Virus record (IMG/VR): IMGVR_UViG_3300028888_000093
Span: 27,345 to 91,344 of that record
DNA: 64,000 nucleotides
Strand: one strand, 5' to 3'
Origin: a virus
Taxonomy: Duplodnaviria; Caudoviricetes
How positions within the stretch are numbered: the stretch's first letter is position 1; every line of letters starts with the position of its first letter. Under the pieces are notes generated by a model. That model was given only the letters and a program-made list of their open reading frames with translations, had not been told where the DNA came from and made no database searches. A program made the translations under genes and the position numbers. Positions 42,790-52,557 of the stretch are shown piece by piece.

Positions 42790-43485
42790 TTAATCACTTG
42801 TAAGCATTTGTGATATACAGTGGCTTTGTTGTGTCAGGGCCTTTTTAATTTCACTTTCGGATGGTATGTTCTTGCTGTCGGTATAGCTTATTCCGATGGT
42901 ACCTATCGGGTTTTTATGTCCATACATGACCATAAGAGCTATTTGTTGTACACCCTCTTTTTCCAGTCTGTAATACAATTCCATATCCAATTCTTTAATT
43001 TGTTCCAATGATAAATATAAGAATGTTTCATTGTAAAGTTTATTGGAAATACCGTATCTGGCGATTCTCACATTTTTATATTCGTCAATCAGCCATGATG
43101 TTGTTTTTTTTGGCTCCGCATATGTAAGGTCTGCATATATAAACGGAAGTCCGTTTAGGTTTTCGCCTCCGTTATGTGTTTCGAATACGAAAACTCTGTC
43201 TGCATTTGTCATGGCTTTTAAGTCGATTAATGTTTCACGCATGCTGTTGTTTATGCTTAGCCGTTTGGCTATCAGTTCTTCGTGTTGTTCCTTTTGTATT
43301 TCTTCAATCTTTTTTACAATCCCACCAGGATTGAATGCAACCTGGCCAACAACTATAACAACGAACAGCATAACAAAGGTTATTATGATGTTTTGAACAC
43401 CGATTTTTTTAATGATTGATGATAACTTTTCAAGCCAACCAATCACGTTTCCTGCATTGTTTGAACCTTCTGGAATTTCTGCCAT
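42790..43485 (-). CDS. Putative T4-T-like holin (single TM + GAF-like domain)
   Basis: N-terminal amphipathic helix, one TM segment, coiled coil, then ADRVFVFETHNG...IGTIGISY GAF-like fold. Confidence 0.5.
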   Translation of the reverse strand: MAEIPEGSNNAGNVIGWLEKLSSIIKKIGVQNIIITFVMLFVVIVVGQVAFNPGGIVKKIEEIQKEQHEELIAKRLSINNSMRETLIDLKAMTNADRVFVFETHNGGENLNGLPFIYADLTYAEPKKTTSWLIDEYKNVRIARYGISNKLYNETFLYLSLEQIKELDMELYYRLEKEGVQQIALMVMYGHKNPIGTIGISYTDSKNIPSESEIKKALTQQSHCISQMLTSD

Positions 43486-43492
43486 GCTATAC

Positions 43493-44404
43493 TTAGTTTT
43501 TCAAATTATTTATTCTTCTCATTATATCAAGTGTTTTTGAAATTGAGTCGGTTGAATTGGATTCACATACCATAGAATCATTTTTGACAGAATGTGACGT
43601 TGATGTTTTGAAATTTGTCAAATCTTTCATTTTTGCAAGGGATTCTGTCAAACCATTTTTGTTGTTGTGTCCGATTATTTCACCCCTGTTGTTTGTCCAC
43701 TCTACAATATATTCGTTACCAGTTTTGTCCTTCATCTTGAATTGTTCTCCTTCGTTTTTGAATTCATCTGGTATCTTGGATAACATGTGGCCTTCTGTTA
43801 GGAATTGTGTCTTTTTGAAAAATACGGTTTTAAGTTTCTTGTTTTCATCTAATTTTGCTTCGTGGAAATTTGATTTAAAGGCATTAATGGCTTGTCTCAT
43901 GTTAACACCGTCAGTGCTTTCGTACAATGTTTCCTTTTCGAATGTTTCTGCTGGCATTTTGCTTGCTTGCAAACCGCTCTTTTTTAGATTGAAAACATTT
44001 TTATCCATTTCTTTTTCGGCTTTGGTTATACCGTCGAATATATTTTCATTATCGGAATAATCACCAGCTTTTTCAATTCCATTTTTTTCCTCTAATTCTG
44101 AAGTGTAACCAAGTGCCTGTGCTTTTACCCTTTTCTTATATTCATCGGAAGCATTTTCAGGATTGTAACCTAGTGTTGTGTGGTTACCGTCTGTTTTCTC
44201 GTATTTTGCATCTCCCCTTGCAAAATCTTCTTCTTTTCTAAGGCCTCCATTGTAGTCTTCAGCTCGTTTCTTAGACTCTTTATAGGCCTTGTCGTTGATG
44301 GTCTTATTGGCACTTTCAACGCCATCGCCAAGTTTTGGCTTTGACTCGTTTGAACTTTCCGCAATAAGCCTTTTTAAATCGCCTACTTTGTAAACTATGT
44401 CCAT
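43493..44404 (-). CDS. Probable internal head protein
   Basis: Charged 303-aa protein with repeated (L/I)xE(S/G/N) motifs; late-motif operon. Confidence 0.45.
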   Translation of the reverse strand: MDIVYKVGDLKRLIAESSNESKPKLGDGVESANKTINDKAYKESKKRAEDYNGGLRKEEDFARGDAKYEKTDGNHTTLGYNPENASDEYKKRVKAQALGYTSELEEKNGIEKAGDYSDNENIFDGITKAEKEMDKNVFNLKKSGLQASKMPAETFEKETLYESTDGVNMRQAINAFKSNFHEAKLDENKKLKTVFFKKTQFLTEGHMLSKIPDEFKNEGEQFKMKDKTGNEYIVEWTNNRGEIIGHNNKNGLTESLAKMKDLTNFKTSTSHSVKNDSMVCESNSTDSISKTLDIMRRINNLKN

Positions 44405-44427
44405 TTCTTTTATATTTTATTATATGT

Positions 44428-45237
44428 TTATTTTTTCTTTTTTTTATGGTCCCAATGAGCAGCATTTTGAGCAAAGATTGCCCTCTTGCGTGTCAGTGGA
44501 TTTTTTGAGTGTGTAAGTTCTTCTGTTGATTTTCCAGTTCTCTTCTTGGTTGCATTGAATTTTCCCTTGTTTTCTGGTTTGATGTCAATGTCCTCTTCCA
44601 ACTCTCCTGGAAAGCTTTTCTTCATCATGTCTTTATGGTCATTTGCTTCCTTATAGAAATCGTCTTTTTCATGACCTTTGTTGAATGGTGCGTCATAGCC
44701 GAAATCACCCGCTGGCGTATCCATTACTGTTTCTTCGTTTATTATTTCAGACAGGGCCTCAAGTTGTTCTTGTGTTATGTATACTGTTTTTCTCCTTATC
44801 ACATTGTCCTTCTTTCCGCCAAGCGGTTGTATGAATTGTCCAGATGATGCGTCACATGTTGTAGCTCCAGCACATTCGCCTTCTTCGGCTAAAATATCAC
44901 CATTGACAATATTTGAATTCTCATACAATTTTTTGTATAATTTGTGCATTTTTTTTAAATAATCTTTTCTTGGGAGTTTGTATGTTATTTTAAATTTGTC
45001 TTTGAGTCGGTTTCCGTTTTCATCGTATCCACCGTTTGATATTGTTTCACTTCTGATTATGATGGCATCATTATCATCACCATTCAAAAGCATGTTCAGT
45101 GTTTCAGGTGCGGAAAAACCATGACCTTTAAGAAAATCGTCAGTATCCGCCTTTAGCGGGTCGGTCAAGAGTTTCTTGATATAATCCTCCATGTGTGACA
45201 TGAAGGCGTGTCTGGTCATTTCATTGTGTTTTCCCAT
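44428..45237 (-). CDS. Probable internal head/DNA-binding protein
   Basis: KTVYITQEQLEAL motif; basic C-terminal IDIKPENKGKF...RKRAIFAQNAAHW module. Confidence 0.5.
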   Translation of the reverse strand: MGKHNEMTRHAFMSHMEDYIKKLLTDPLKADTDDFLKGHGFSAPETLNMLLNGDDNDAIIIRSETISNGGYDENGNRLKDKFKITYKLPRKDYLKKMHKLYKKLYENSNIVNGDILAEEGECAGATTCDASSGQFIQPLGGKKDNVIRRKTVYITQEQLEALSEIINEETVMDTPAGDFGYDAPFNKGHEKDDFYKEANDHKDMMKKSFPGELEEDIDIKPENKGKFNATKKRTGKSTEELTHSKNPLTRKRAIFAQNAAHWDHKKKKK

Positions 45238-45249
45238 TACTGTTCATTA

Positions 45250-45465
45250 TTATCTTGTTATTTCATTTTCGTAAAAATTCCTACGTTGCCACAAAGTTCT
45301 AAATAATGTGTTTACAGCATTGGCCACAAGTTTTTTCACTTTTTTTTCAATGTCCTTGTTGGTGGTCCTGTCGTTTTTGATTGTGTCTTTGACAATCTTC
45401 TCGATATCTGATTTCGACCAGTCGTTTTCACTTATAATATATTTGCATTTATCCAAATATTTCAT
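45250..45465 (-). CDS. Small hypothetical protein
   Basis: 71 aa; ACTATTTAT on minus strand at 45498-45506. Confidence 0.6.
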   Translation of the reverse strand: MKYLDKCKYIISENDWSKSDIEKIVKDTIKNDRTTNKDIEKKVKKLVANAVNTLFRTLWQRRNFYENEITR

Positions 45466-45576
45466 GATACTATAATATATAAGATTATTTACCTAATATA
45501 AATAGTTTGTTTAAAAGAAAATGACCAGACAAAAAGCCTGGTCATCCACATTGTATTTTATTTGTTAAAAGATATA

Positions 45577-46107
45577 TTAGATATTGTCGTTTATATGGTT
45601 TGCGAGTTTTTCAAGGTCGGTTGATTCAATGTTCCATTCTTCTTTCCAGTTTTCATAAAATCCGTATAACTTATTTAAAATAGCCAAGTTATCCTTCGTT
45701 AAATTCAAACCGTTTTCGTCATCAACCCATATAAAGCAGCCACATCCAGTGTTAGTTCTTAGTTTGAACTGCCATTGCAGGTTTCCAAGACAAGGTATCG
45801 TTCCGCCAAAAATGAGGTTGTCTCCACCGTTATTATCAGTTTTCGGTTGGTAAATCAACGGTGAATTTTCCACATGTTCCTTGTCTGGTTTGGAAAACTG
45901 CGCTCCGCTTTCCACGGATGACCTGAAAGCCTCTATTTGTGAAGAAAGCACGTTGGTTCCGAATATAGGGTCATCGGTGATTGCAATTGCTTTGTTCGAA
46001 CCTTTTTCATCGTTTTCAAGCAGCAATCCGCTATTTGATGAATCATTATTCTTTATATTTCTTATACTTTCAAGTATATTTCTTGTGATTTCGTCTTCGC
46101 TTTTCAT
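45577..46107 (-). CDS. Hypothetical protein
   Basis: 176-aa ORF. Confidence 0.6.
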   Translation of the reverse strand: MKSEDEITRNILESIRNIKNNDSSNSGLLLENDEKGSNKAIAITDDPIFGTNVLSSQIEAFRSSVESGAQFSKPDKEHVENSPLIYQPKTDNNGGDNLIFGGTIPCLGNLQWQFKLRTNTGCGCFIWVDDENGLNLTKDNLAILNKLYGFYENWKEEWNIESTDLEKLANHINDNI

Positions 46108-46113
46108 TTTTTT

Positions 46114-46605
46114 TTACTCGTTGTAACCTGTTCCGTTCCACCATCCTGTGATACGGTTATTCTTGCTTCTGCTAAGGATGTTTTTTAACCTTTCTTTAAG
46201 AGACACAGCCTTGTTTAACTGCTGTTCTGTGTAGTTTTTCAATTCAGCAGTATTCATTGTGGTTGTATTTTTTTCAAATTCATCTTTTGAATTCACAACA
46301 TCGTCAACTTCTTTTGAAATTTCAATAATTGGTTCAATTTCTCTGTTTATCTTTTCTTCGATTTCAGCAACCTTGTTTGAAGGTTCGATTTCAGTGTTAA
46401 CACTATTGATTTGTTCCTCAATAGACTTGTTTTCCTGTTTGGCAATTGGTTCGTCGTTTATGATTTTTTCGACATCATCACTTATGACAGCTTTTTTAAC
46501 TGGTTTCTTTGGAGCTGTTTTCTTAGCTGCTGTTTTTTTAGCTCCAGTTTTTGTTGAATCCGAAGACTTGGTAGTCTTTCTAGTTGCTTGTTTCTTTTCA
46601 GTCAT
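46114..46605 (-). CDS. Hypothetical protein with histone-H1-like K/A/T N-terminus
   Basis: KKTAAKKTAPKKPVKK then acidic coiled coil. Confidence 0.6.
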   Translation of the reverse strand: MTEKKQATRKTTKSSDSTKTGAKKTAAKKTAPKKPVKKAVISDDVEKIINDEPIAKQENKSIEEQINSVNTEIEPSNKVAEIEEKINREIEPIIEISKEVDDVVNSKDEFEKNTTTMNTAELKNYTEQQLNKAVSLKERLKNILSRSKNNRITGWWNGTGYNE

Positions 46606-46636
46606 TTTAAATTAAAATTAATTTTTTTTATTAACT

Positions 46637-46907
46637 TTGACATACTCCCACGAATAAATTCGTGGGATTCTTGGCTTAGACATGCACGCTGATGGCGTTG
46701 ACGCCAGCAGCATTTGCGCTCACCAATTCGCCGATGCCCCGACGAAGTATATTTCTTGCATCATTCAAGACCCTATCGTTTGTCCTTCCGCTTATTGTTA
46801 TATATTATAATAATAAATAATCTGTTATGTATAAAAAACTATTTATGATTTGTGCTGGATTCATCCAACGACTAAACTAAAGTCTTTGGTTTTCTCCAGT
46901 GTGAATG
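46637..46907 (-). mobile_element. Non-autonomous IS200/IS605-family element (MITE-like) with left end, tnpB 3' remnant and omega-RNA/right end
   Basis: Minus strand: TTTAT target motif, left-end hairpin (ctggagaaaacc...ggatgaatccag), tnpB remnant, perfect right-end hairpin tcccacgaat-tt-attcgtggga, terminal TCAA at 46637. Confidence 0.8.
46676..46792 (-). pseudogene. tnpB: tnpB C-terminal remnant
   Basis: Translates SGRTNDRVLNDARNILRRG..., a decayed CG..DRDxNAAxNI RuvC-III motif. Confidence 0.75.
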
Positions 46908-46943
46908 ATAAAAACATTTTTTCAAAAAGTAAACCTTTTTCAA

Positions 46944-47651
46944 CTATATAACAGATTGTTGTATGGCTTCAGCACGTAATTTTCTCAAGCCCCTTTCCTT
47001 TATTTGCCTTACACGTTCTTTTGTCAATCCCATCAAATCACCGATTGCCTCAAGTGTCATCTCATCATTGTCACCAAGTCCGAAGTATTTGTTTATCACA
47101 AACATTTCCTTATGTGTTAGACATTTGCATAGAAGTTCAACAAGACTTTTGTCATCTTTTTGTTTGATGGACAGAATTGTCGTATTGTCTGTGTAATTTG
47201 AATCATGGTTTTCATAATCTGATTCTGATTCCGTTTCGTAGTCTGTGGATTCTGTTTTTCTATATTCCTCTATTTCGTCGGCATCTATAAGGTTTCTTGA
47301 TTTTAACGCTTCGAGAATGGTTTGGCGAATCCACCAGATAGCATAACTTATTGTTTTGTTTCCTTTGGTGTAATCGAATTTGTCAAACGATTTCAAAAGT
47401 CCGATATTGCCTTCGGATATAAGGTCCGCATATGACAATCCGAGACCCTGGTATTTTCTTGCGACGCTTGCGACAAATTTCAAATTCGATTTCAGTAGTT
47501 TGTCGCGGGCCTTGATGTCGTTTTTCTCTTTATATGATTCCCACAGGGTTTGTTCCTCTTTCTTTGAGAGAGGCATGAATTTGTTAATTTCATTAAAGTA
47601 AAGTCTAGAACTTTTTTCAAAATCATTTATCTTGTCTTTTCTGGTCGGCAT
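46944..47651 (-). CDS. RNA polymerase sigma-70 family factor (RpoD/RpoS/RpoH-like)
   Basis: LYFNEI..PLS.KEE (region 1.2), NLKFVASVARKY..DLISEGNIGL..YAIWWIRQ (region 2), TLEAIG..LTKERVRQI (region 4). Confidence 0.9.
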   Translation of the reverse strand: MPTRKDKINDFEKSSRLYFNEINKFMPLSKKEEQTLWESYKEKNDIKARDKLLKSNLKFVASVARKYQGLGLSYADLISEGNIGLLKSFDKFDYTKGNKTISYAIWWIRQTILEALKSRNLIDADEIEEYRKTESTDYETESESDYENHDSNYTDNTTILSIKQKDDKSLVELLCKCLTHKEMFVINKYFGLGDNDEMTLEAIGDLMGLTKERVRQIKERGLRKLRAEAIQQSVI

Positions 47652-47652
47652 A

Positions 47653-50016
47653 CTATTCTTTGATTCTACTTATATTATTTTCTTTCACGATAGTGACTAT
47701 GTTACCATCATACCAATCCAAATCGATATGACAAATATGCAATACAAATTCATAGCATTCGACAATCTTGTCATAAAGTTTCTTCATATCGTCGTAGTTC
47801 TCACTTGCTACAGTTCCGAGAACTTCATCCAAAAGGATAAACGGTGGTCTTGACAGTTTTGACATTCTTCCGAGTACAACTCTAAGTGCTAATGAAGCTT
47901 GGGTTTTTTCAAGTCCAGATGCTGCGGACAATCTCGTTGTAACGCCGTCCCTGATAAGAAGGAAGTCAATATCGTTCTTGTCATTCATTGTTACCTGGAC
48001 CTCAAAGTCGGTTACGTCTGATAACATTCTGTTAAGTTCACTGTTTATGATTGGAAGAGTGTTTCTCAAAACCATCTTTGAAATTCCGTCCTTACCAATC
48101 ATTTGCAAATATACTTTCCAGTGTTTTTCAGTCTTTTGTTCAATGTCAATCTTTACGATATAGCTTTTCTTTAGTTCAATGTTTTCAGTGTTTTTGCTCA
48201 TTTCAATATTATTCGTCTGAATTGAGCTATTGTGACGGTTCTTTATAGTTTCCTCATTTGATATGTTTGTGTTGATGACATTGATTTGTGCATCAATTTC
48301 AGCATTCTTTTTAATGGTCGCCTCATTTTCCTTTATCTCGTTCAACAGCTGTGTCTTTTCCTTATATTCAAGCCTTTGTTGTGCAATAGAATTCTCAAGT
48401 GCGGAACAGTTTAATTCCAATTTATTCTTTTCCTGTTGCTTTGTGCGTTTTTCCGACATGTCATCCATAGTCTTGGATAATTTGTCATTTTCAGACTTCG
48501 CATCAATACCTTCTTTTGTTTTTGATGCGATTTTTTCGTTGTTTGCCTTGATAAGGCCGCTATTATCCACATTATCAAGTTTTCTGTGACATGTTGGGCA
48601 AAATTCAGCTTTTTCCAATGCTGTGTTCTGTTGTTTTAATTGGTTTATCTCGGTTCTCAGTGTTGCCATGAGAGCAATGAGTTCATCGCTTCTTTTCTTG
48701 CATGCCTTATATTCCTCTTCGGAATATTCAATATTGCCTATTTCTTTTATTTTCTCTTTAAGAATTTGAATTTCCGCGTTTTTTTTCTTTCCGTTTTCAA
48801 CGATGCTGTCGATTTTAGTTTTAAGGGTGGTTACATCAACCTTCAGAAGTTTTTCATCAACAGCTTTTTTTGCCAACAATAATGCGTCTCTAGTTGAATT
48901 CAAATTCTTAATGTTGTCTTCACATTTTTTTATTTCGTTGTTTGATTTTTCGTTTTCAGTCACCAACTCCTTGTTTCTTTCTACAAGTTGTGAAATCTCC
49001 TCTGTAAGGGTTGCTCTGTTATACATGTCAGAGTATCTTCCGACACTGATTTCCTTGTTCCACTTTTCCCTTGCTTTGATATCCTTGTCTTCCAAAACTG
49101 ACAAACCAATCCATCTTGACAAAAGTTTACCCTTTTCTGTTTCGGTAAGCGAAATCAACGAATCAAGGTCTTTTGCGTTCGCACTGATAATGAGGTCGAA
49201 ATCACTTTCGTTTCCGATAGCTTCCTTGATTATTTTGCTTGTTTGCGTGGTTGTCGCACCTTGTTGGTTCTCCTCTGGAAGAAGTTCCTCAGTCCCGTCT
49301 TGCAATAATTTGTAATATTCAACCTTGTTTGTCACAGTTTTTGTTTTTCTCTTCGCAGAAGGTCTTGTCAGTGTTCTTTTGATGATATAGTCATCACCGT
49401 CTATATTGATGCAACCTTCAAGACTGATAGTGTTCTCCTCTGGAAGATAATTGTTGAACAATTCACCCAATGTTTTGGCTTTGTTGGTATTTGTTTTACC
49501 AAACAAAAGAAAATGAAGCAAATCATATGCAAAAGTTGATTTTCCACTTTTGTTTGCTGGTTCGCCATTCAACAAAACAAGTCCATGCAGTTTTGTGAAA
49601 TCGAAAAAGTTGTCAGGCCCGTATGACAGAAAATTGCTCCACTTTACCCACTTTATTGTATATTTTTTGGTTTTTTCATATATGCTGAAATCAATGAGAG
49701 AGTTGATTTGGGAATCTATTTTTACAATCTCGTCAAAATCAATATCCTTTATTTCGTTAGCCTCAATCCATTGTTTCATTAATCCCAATTGGAATTGTGG
49801 CTCATATATGTCATGCACTGTCTCATTTGCAAGCGCACTGTTCGCATTGGAACTGTCAATATAGTTTTTCTCAACCTTTATGTTCTTCTCTGGAATCCCG
49901 TATTTTTGGGACATCAGCGATATTATGTTTTTTTCGTCTTCCTCGGTTGAAAGCAGACTGTTTGTGTTCCATTTCACAACTACCTTGGCATTTTGCCCAA
50001 TGTCAATTTTCTTCAT
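47653..50016 (-). CDS. sbcC: SbcC/Rad50/gp46-like recombination ATPase
   Basis: NFLSYG, Walker A (NKSGKST), CPTC zinc hook, SGLEK signature, LLDE Walker B. Confidence 0.9.
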   Translation of the reverse strand: MKKIDIGQNAKVVVKWNTNSLLSTEEDEKNIISLMSQKYGIPEKNIKVEKNYIDSSNANSALANETVHDIYEPQFQLGLMKQWIEANEIKDIDFDEIVKIDSQINSLIDFSIYEKTKKYTIKWVKWSNFLSYGPDNFFDFTKLHGLVLLNGEPANKSGKSTFAYDLLHFLLFGKTNTNKAKTLGELFNNYLPEENTISLEGCINIDGDDYIIKRTLTRPSAKRKTKTVTNKVEYYKLLQDGTEELLPEENQQGATTTQTSKIIKEAIGNESDFDLIISANAKDLDSLISLTETEKGKLLSRWIGLSVLEDKDIKAREKWNKEISVGRYSDMYNRATLTEEISQLVERNKELVTENEKSNNEIKKCEDNIKNLNSTRDALLLAKKAVDEKLLKVDVTTLKTKIDSIVENGKKKNAEIQILKEKIKEIGNIEYSEEEYKACKKRSDELIALMATLRTEINQLKQQNTALEKAEFCPTCHRKLDNVDNSGLIKANNEKIASKTKEGIDAKSENDKLSKTMDDMSEKRTKQQEKNKLELNCSALENSIAQQRLEYKEKTQLLNEIKENEATIKKNAEIDAQINVINTNISNEETIKNRHNSSIQTNNIEMSKNTENIELKKSYIVKIDIEQKTEKHWKVYLQMIGKDGISKMVLRNTLPIINSELNRMLSDVTDFEVQVTMNDKNDIDFLLIRDGVTTRLSAASGLEKTQASLALRVVLGRMSKLSRPPFILLDEVLGTVASENYDDMKKLYDKIVECYEFVLHICHIDLDWYDGNIVTIVKENNISRIKE

Positions 50017-50355
50017 TTATAATCTTCTTTTTTTTGGTTTTATAATTTCTTCGGTTGGAATTTCCTGTCCATTTTCAAATTCAGGCTTGGTTTCAATAAC
50101 AATATCATTTACAGCTTCATTGCTATTGACCGCTGTGTTATAATCACTTGACGAAGTTCCGCTTTCAGGAAGGTTTTCAACAATATCGTCGTTACCGCCT
50201 ATGATTCCGAAAGGTATGTCACCGTATTTGGATATATTGTGTTCCTTCCTCAACAGGTCGCAACAATATGAATTTATCTTCAAATTATTGAGTTTGCAAT
50301 AATTTGCTATGTCTTCATATAAATCATCCTCTATCGTTATATAATGCTTTGCCAT
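50017..50355 (-). CDS. Small ribbon-helix-helix-like DNA-binding protein
   Basis: MAKHYITIEDDLYEDIANYCKLNNLKINSY pattern; ATG at 50355. Confidence 0.5.
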   Translation of the reverse strand: MAKHYITIEDDLYEDIANYCKLNNLKINSYCCDLLRKEHNISKYGDIPFGIIGGNDDIVENLPESGTSSSDYNTAVNSNEAVNDIVIETKPEFENGQEIPTEEIIKPKKRRL

Positions 50356-50465
50356 GAAATCCGAATCTCTATTGTCTGTTAATATACAAATTTTTAATTT
50401 TAAAACCAAAAAACTTTACCTTTTATTTCCAATTATATATATTTCTTGAAAATATTGTTTAACAT

Positions 50466-51257
50466 ATGGAAAATGAAAGTGTTTACCCAAGAATTATACT
50501 TGGACTTGATGTTAGTACGGCATGCATAGGCGTTTGTGTGATAAGGGACGACGGAAGTGACAAACCGACAATACTGTCACTGACACACAAGACACCAAAG
50601 GTAAGCAAAAACATAAAGGGAATCGAGGCCCTTTTCATAAGAAAGCGCATATTCGAGGAAGAGTGCCTTATTGAGATAAAGGAAAAATTCGACATAACCG
50701 ATGTCGTAATCGAGGAACCGCTGCTTTCGTCAAACAATGTCAATACGGTTGCGACACTTCTAAGATTCAACGGAATGATTTCAGATTCCATTTACTCAGT
50801 ATTCGGAATTGTTCCGAATTTCATTTCAAGCTATGACGCGAGGATGTTTTCATTTCCAGAACTTGTCGCACTCAGGAAATACAACAAAAAAGGCGTCGAA
50901 TACCCAATCAAACACATTGAAAACGCCATCAAAAAAAACAATATAGTCCTGTTTGGGTCATATCCTTTTGACATTGACAAAAAAACCGTCATGATGAATA
51001 TGGTCAACGAGCTTTATCATGACAATGAGATTGCCTGGACATATAATGACAAAGGTGAATTGAGAAAGGAGAACTATGATGCGTGCGACTCACTTATATG
51101 TGCTCTGGCATACGTCAATATCAACCATAACGGAATCGACAAACCGTCAATCGTTGAGCATGCGATAACCGAAAATGACAATAATACCGTTGTACAGTAT
51201 AAAACCAAAATTTGGAATAAAATTTTTGAAAAAAAATTGATTTTAATGAAAAATTAA
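50466..51257 (+). CDS. ruvC: RuvC-like Holliday junction resolvase
   Basis: ILGLDVST..IG, VVIEEP, YDACDS catalytic motifs. Confidence 0.8.
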   Translation: MENESVYPRIILGLDVSTACIGVCVIRDDGSDKPTILSLTHKTPKVSKNIKGIEALFIRKRIFEEECLIEIKEKFDITDVVIEEPLLSSNNVNTVATLLRFNGMISDSIYSVFGIVPNFISSYDARMFSFPELVALRKYNKKGVEYPIKHIENAIKKNNIVLFGSYPFDIDKKTVMMNMVNELYHDNEIAWTYNDKGELRKENYDACDSLICALAYVNINHNGIDKPSIVEHAITENDNNTVVQYKTKIWNKIFEKKLILMKN

Positions 51258-51294
51258 CTGTTTTTTATTAGAAATTTTAAATTAAAATTAAAAT

Positions 51295-51320
51295 ACCGCA
51301 CCATTTCGATGCGGTTTTTT
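51295..51320 (+). terminator. Rho-independent terminator
   Basis: accgca...tgcggt + T run. Confidence 0.65.
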
Positions 51321-51468
51321 GTTTTTTTTGTATTAAAGTAAAAAATATAGTAGTTTTATCCTAATAGCACTATTTATGTTATGGTAATAAACTAAGTTAA
51401 TAACTATTATTTTAATTTAAATTTTAGTTTATTATCTATAAATAAGCATACTAAAGAAATAGAGTGAT

Positions 51469-52539
51469 ATGGCATACGAAAACGACCCAAGAGAATGGCA
51501 GATTAGGCCTGAGAGTGGTGTTACGCTTGAAGAGGACAACAGAAAAGAACAGATGTGGCACTGGGGTGCACACATCCTTGACCTTTGCGACCTGCCAGTT
51601 GAAGAATATATGAAACCGATGGAAGTCCGTGGAGTCGGCGGCGGTGAAGGCGGAGGTGATGACACTGGTACAACTCCGACCGTAAAAGACGTGAAATTCA
51701 CCGTTAAGGTTATTTCTCCTGATGGAGATGTAATTGATGCAAACGGAAATGTTGTCGAAACAGTTGAAAACCCTGATAACGAATGGAAAGTTTCGATTAT
51801 TCGTGACAAGAACTTCGCATCAATGGTTGATGTTGAAGTGGAAGTTATTGATACAAATGATAATACCACGTCGAAGACCGTTGAAATCAATGGTGTTTCA
51901 TCAAACAAGACGACAGATGCTGCTCTAGGTTTGAGCGACGACACACAATTAAAGTCTGTTGACGCAACATTTGATGACGGAAAACAAACAAAGGAAGTTG
52001 AGGATGATGAGGGTAATGTAATCGCAAATATCACAATAAACATACCGAAACAGAAAACGGATGATGAAATGAATCTTTACTATTGGTTTGGTGTTCATAA
52101 AGTGGGATATAAGGATAGTGAACTTATATCATTTACAAGCACGGATGCCGACGAAAGCGATGGCGGGTTTGATTTTGATGTAATCGAACCAAAATCCGAT
52201 TTGATTATCGCAGAAAACGCAAAATTCCAAAATGGAGAATCACCATATGATGATGATGACACCGCTCAGGATATTTTCGATGAGTTTTTAGCAAACATGC
52301 AAGCAGCAAGTGCATACTCGTTGAGTGTGTTCGTTCCAACTGAAATATTAGAAACAAAAGAACTCGTTGTATCATCATATAATGATTTAGGTGAAACAAT
52401 TTCAAGTGATATAGAAAATACTGTTACTGTTGAAGGTGTTGAATACAAACAATATACATTCTACGTTGGGCCAGATGGTTATCGTTATAAATTAACTGCT
52501 GATAACCAACAATTCCGTTTTAACGCTAAAATAAGATAG
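51469..52539 (+). CDS. Acidic virion-associated protein
   Basis: 356 aa; ACTATTTAT at 51369; first gene of the collagen cassette. Confidence 0.55.
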   Translation: MAYENDPREWQIRPESGVTLEEDNRKEQMWHWGAHILDLCDLPVEEYMKPMEVRGVGGGEGGGDDTGTTPTVKDVKFTVKVISPDGDVIDANGNVVETVENPDNEWKVSIIRDKNFASMVDVEVEVIDTNDNTTSKTVEINGVSSNKTTDAALGLSDDTQLKSVDATFDDGKQTKEVEDDEGNVIANITINIPKQKTDDEMNLYYWFGVHKVGYKDSELISFTSTDADESDGGFDFDVIEPKSDLIIAENAKFQNGESPYDDDDTAQDIFDEFLANMQAASAYSLSVFVPTEILETKELVVSSYNDLGETISSDIENTVTVEGVEYKQYTFYVGPDGYRYKLTADNQQFRFNAKIR

Positions 52540-52557
52540 TGAAATAGTATATAATAA

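Noticed and set aside
50466-51257. RuvC-like gene as the missing TnpB/Cas12 effector for the omega-RNAs
   Set aside because: 263 aa with the first catalytic Asp at the N-terminus and no zinc finger or REC/WED region; fits a stand-alone resolvase.
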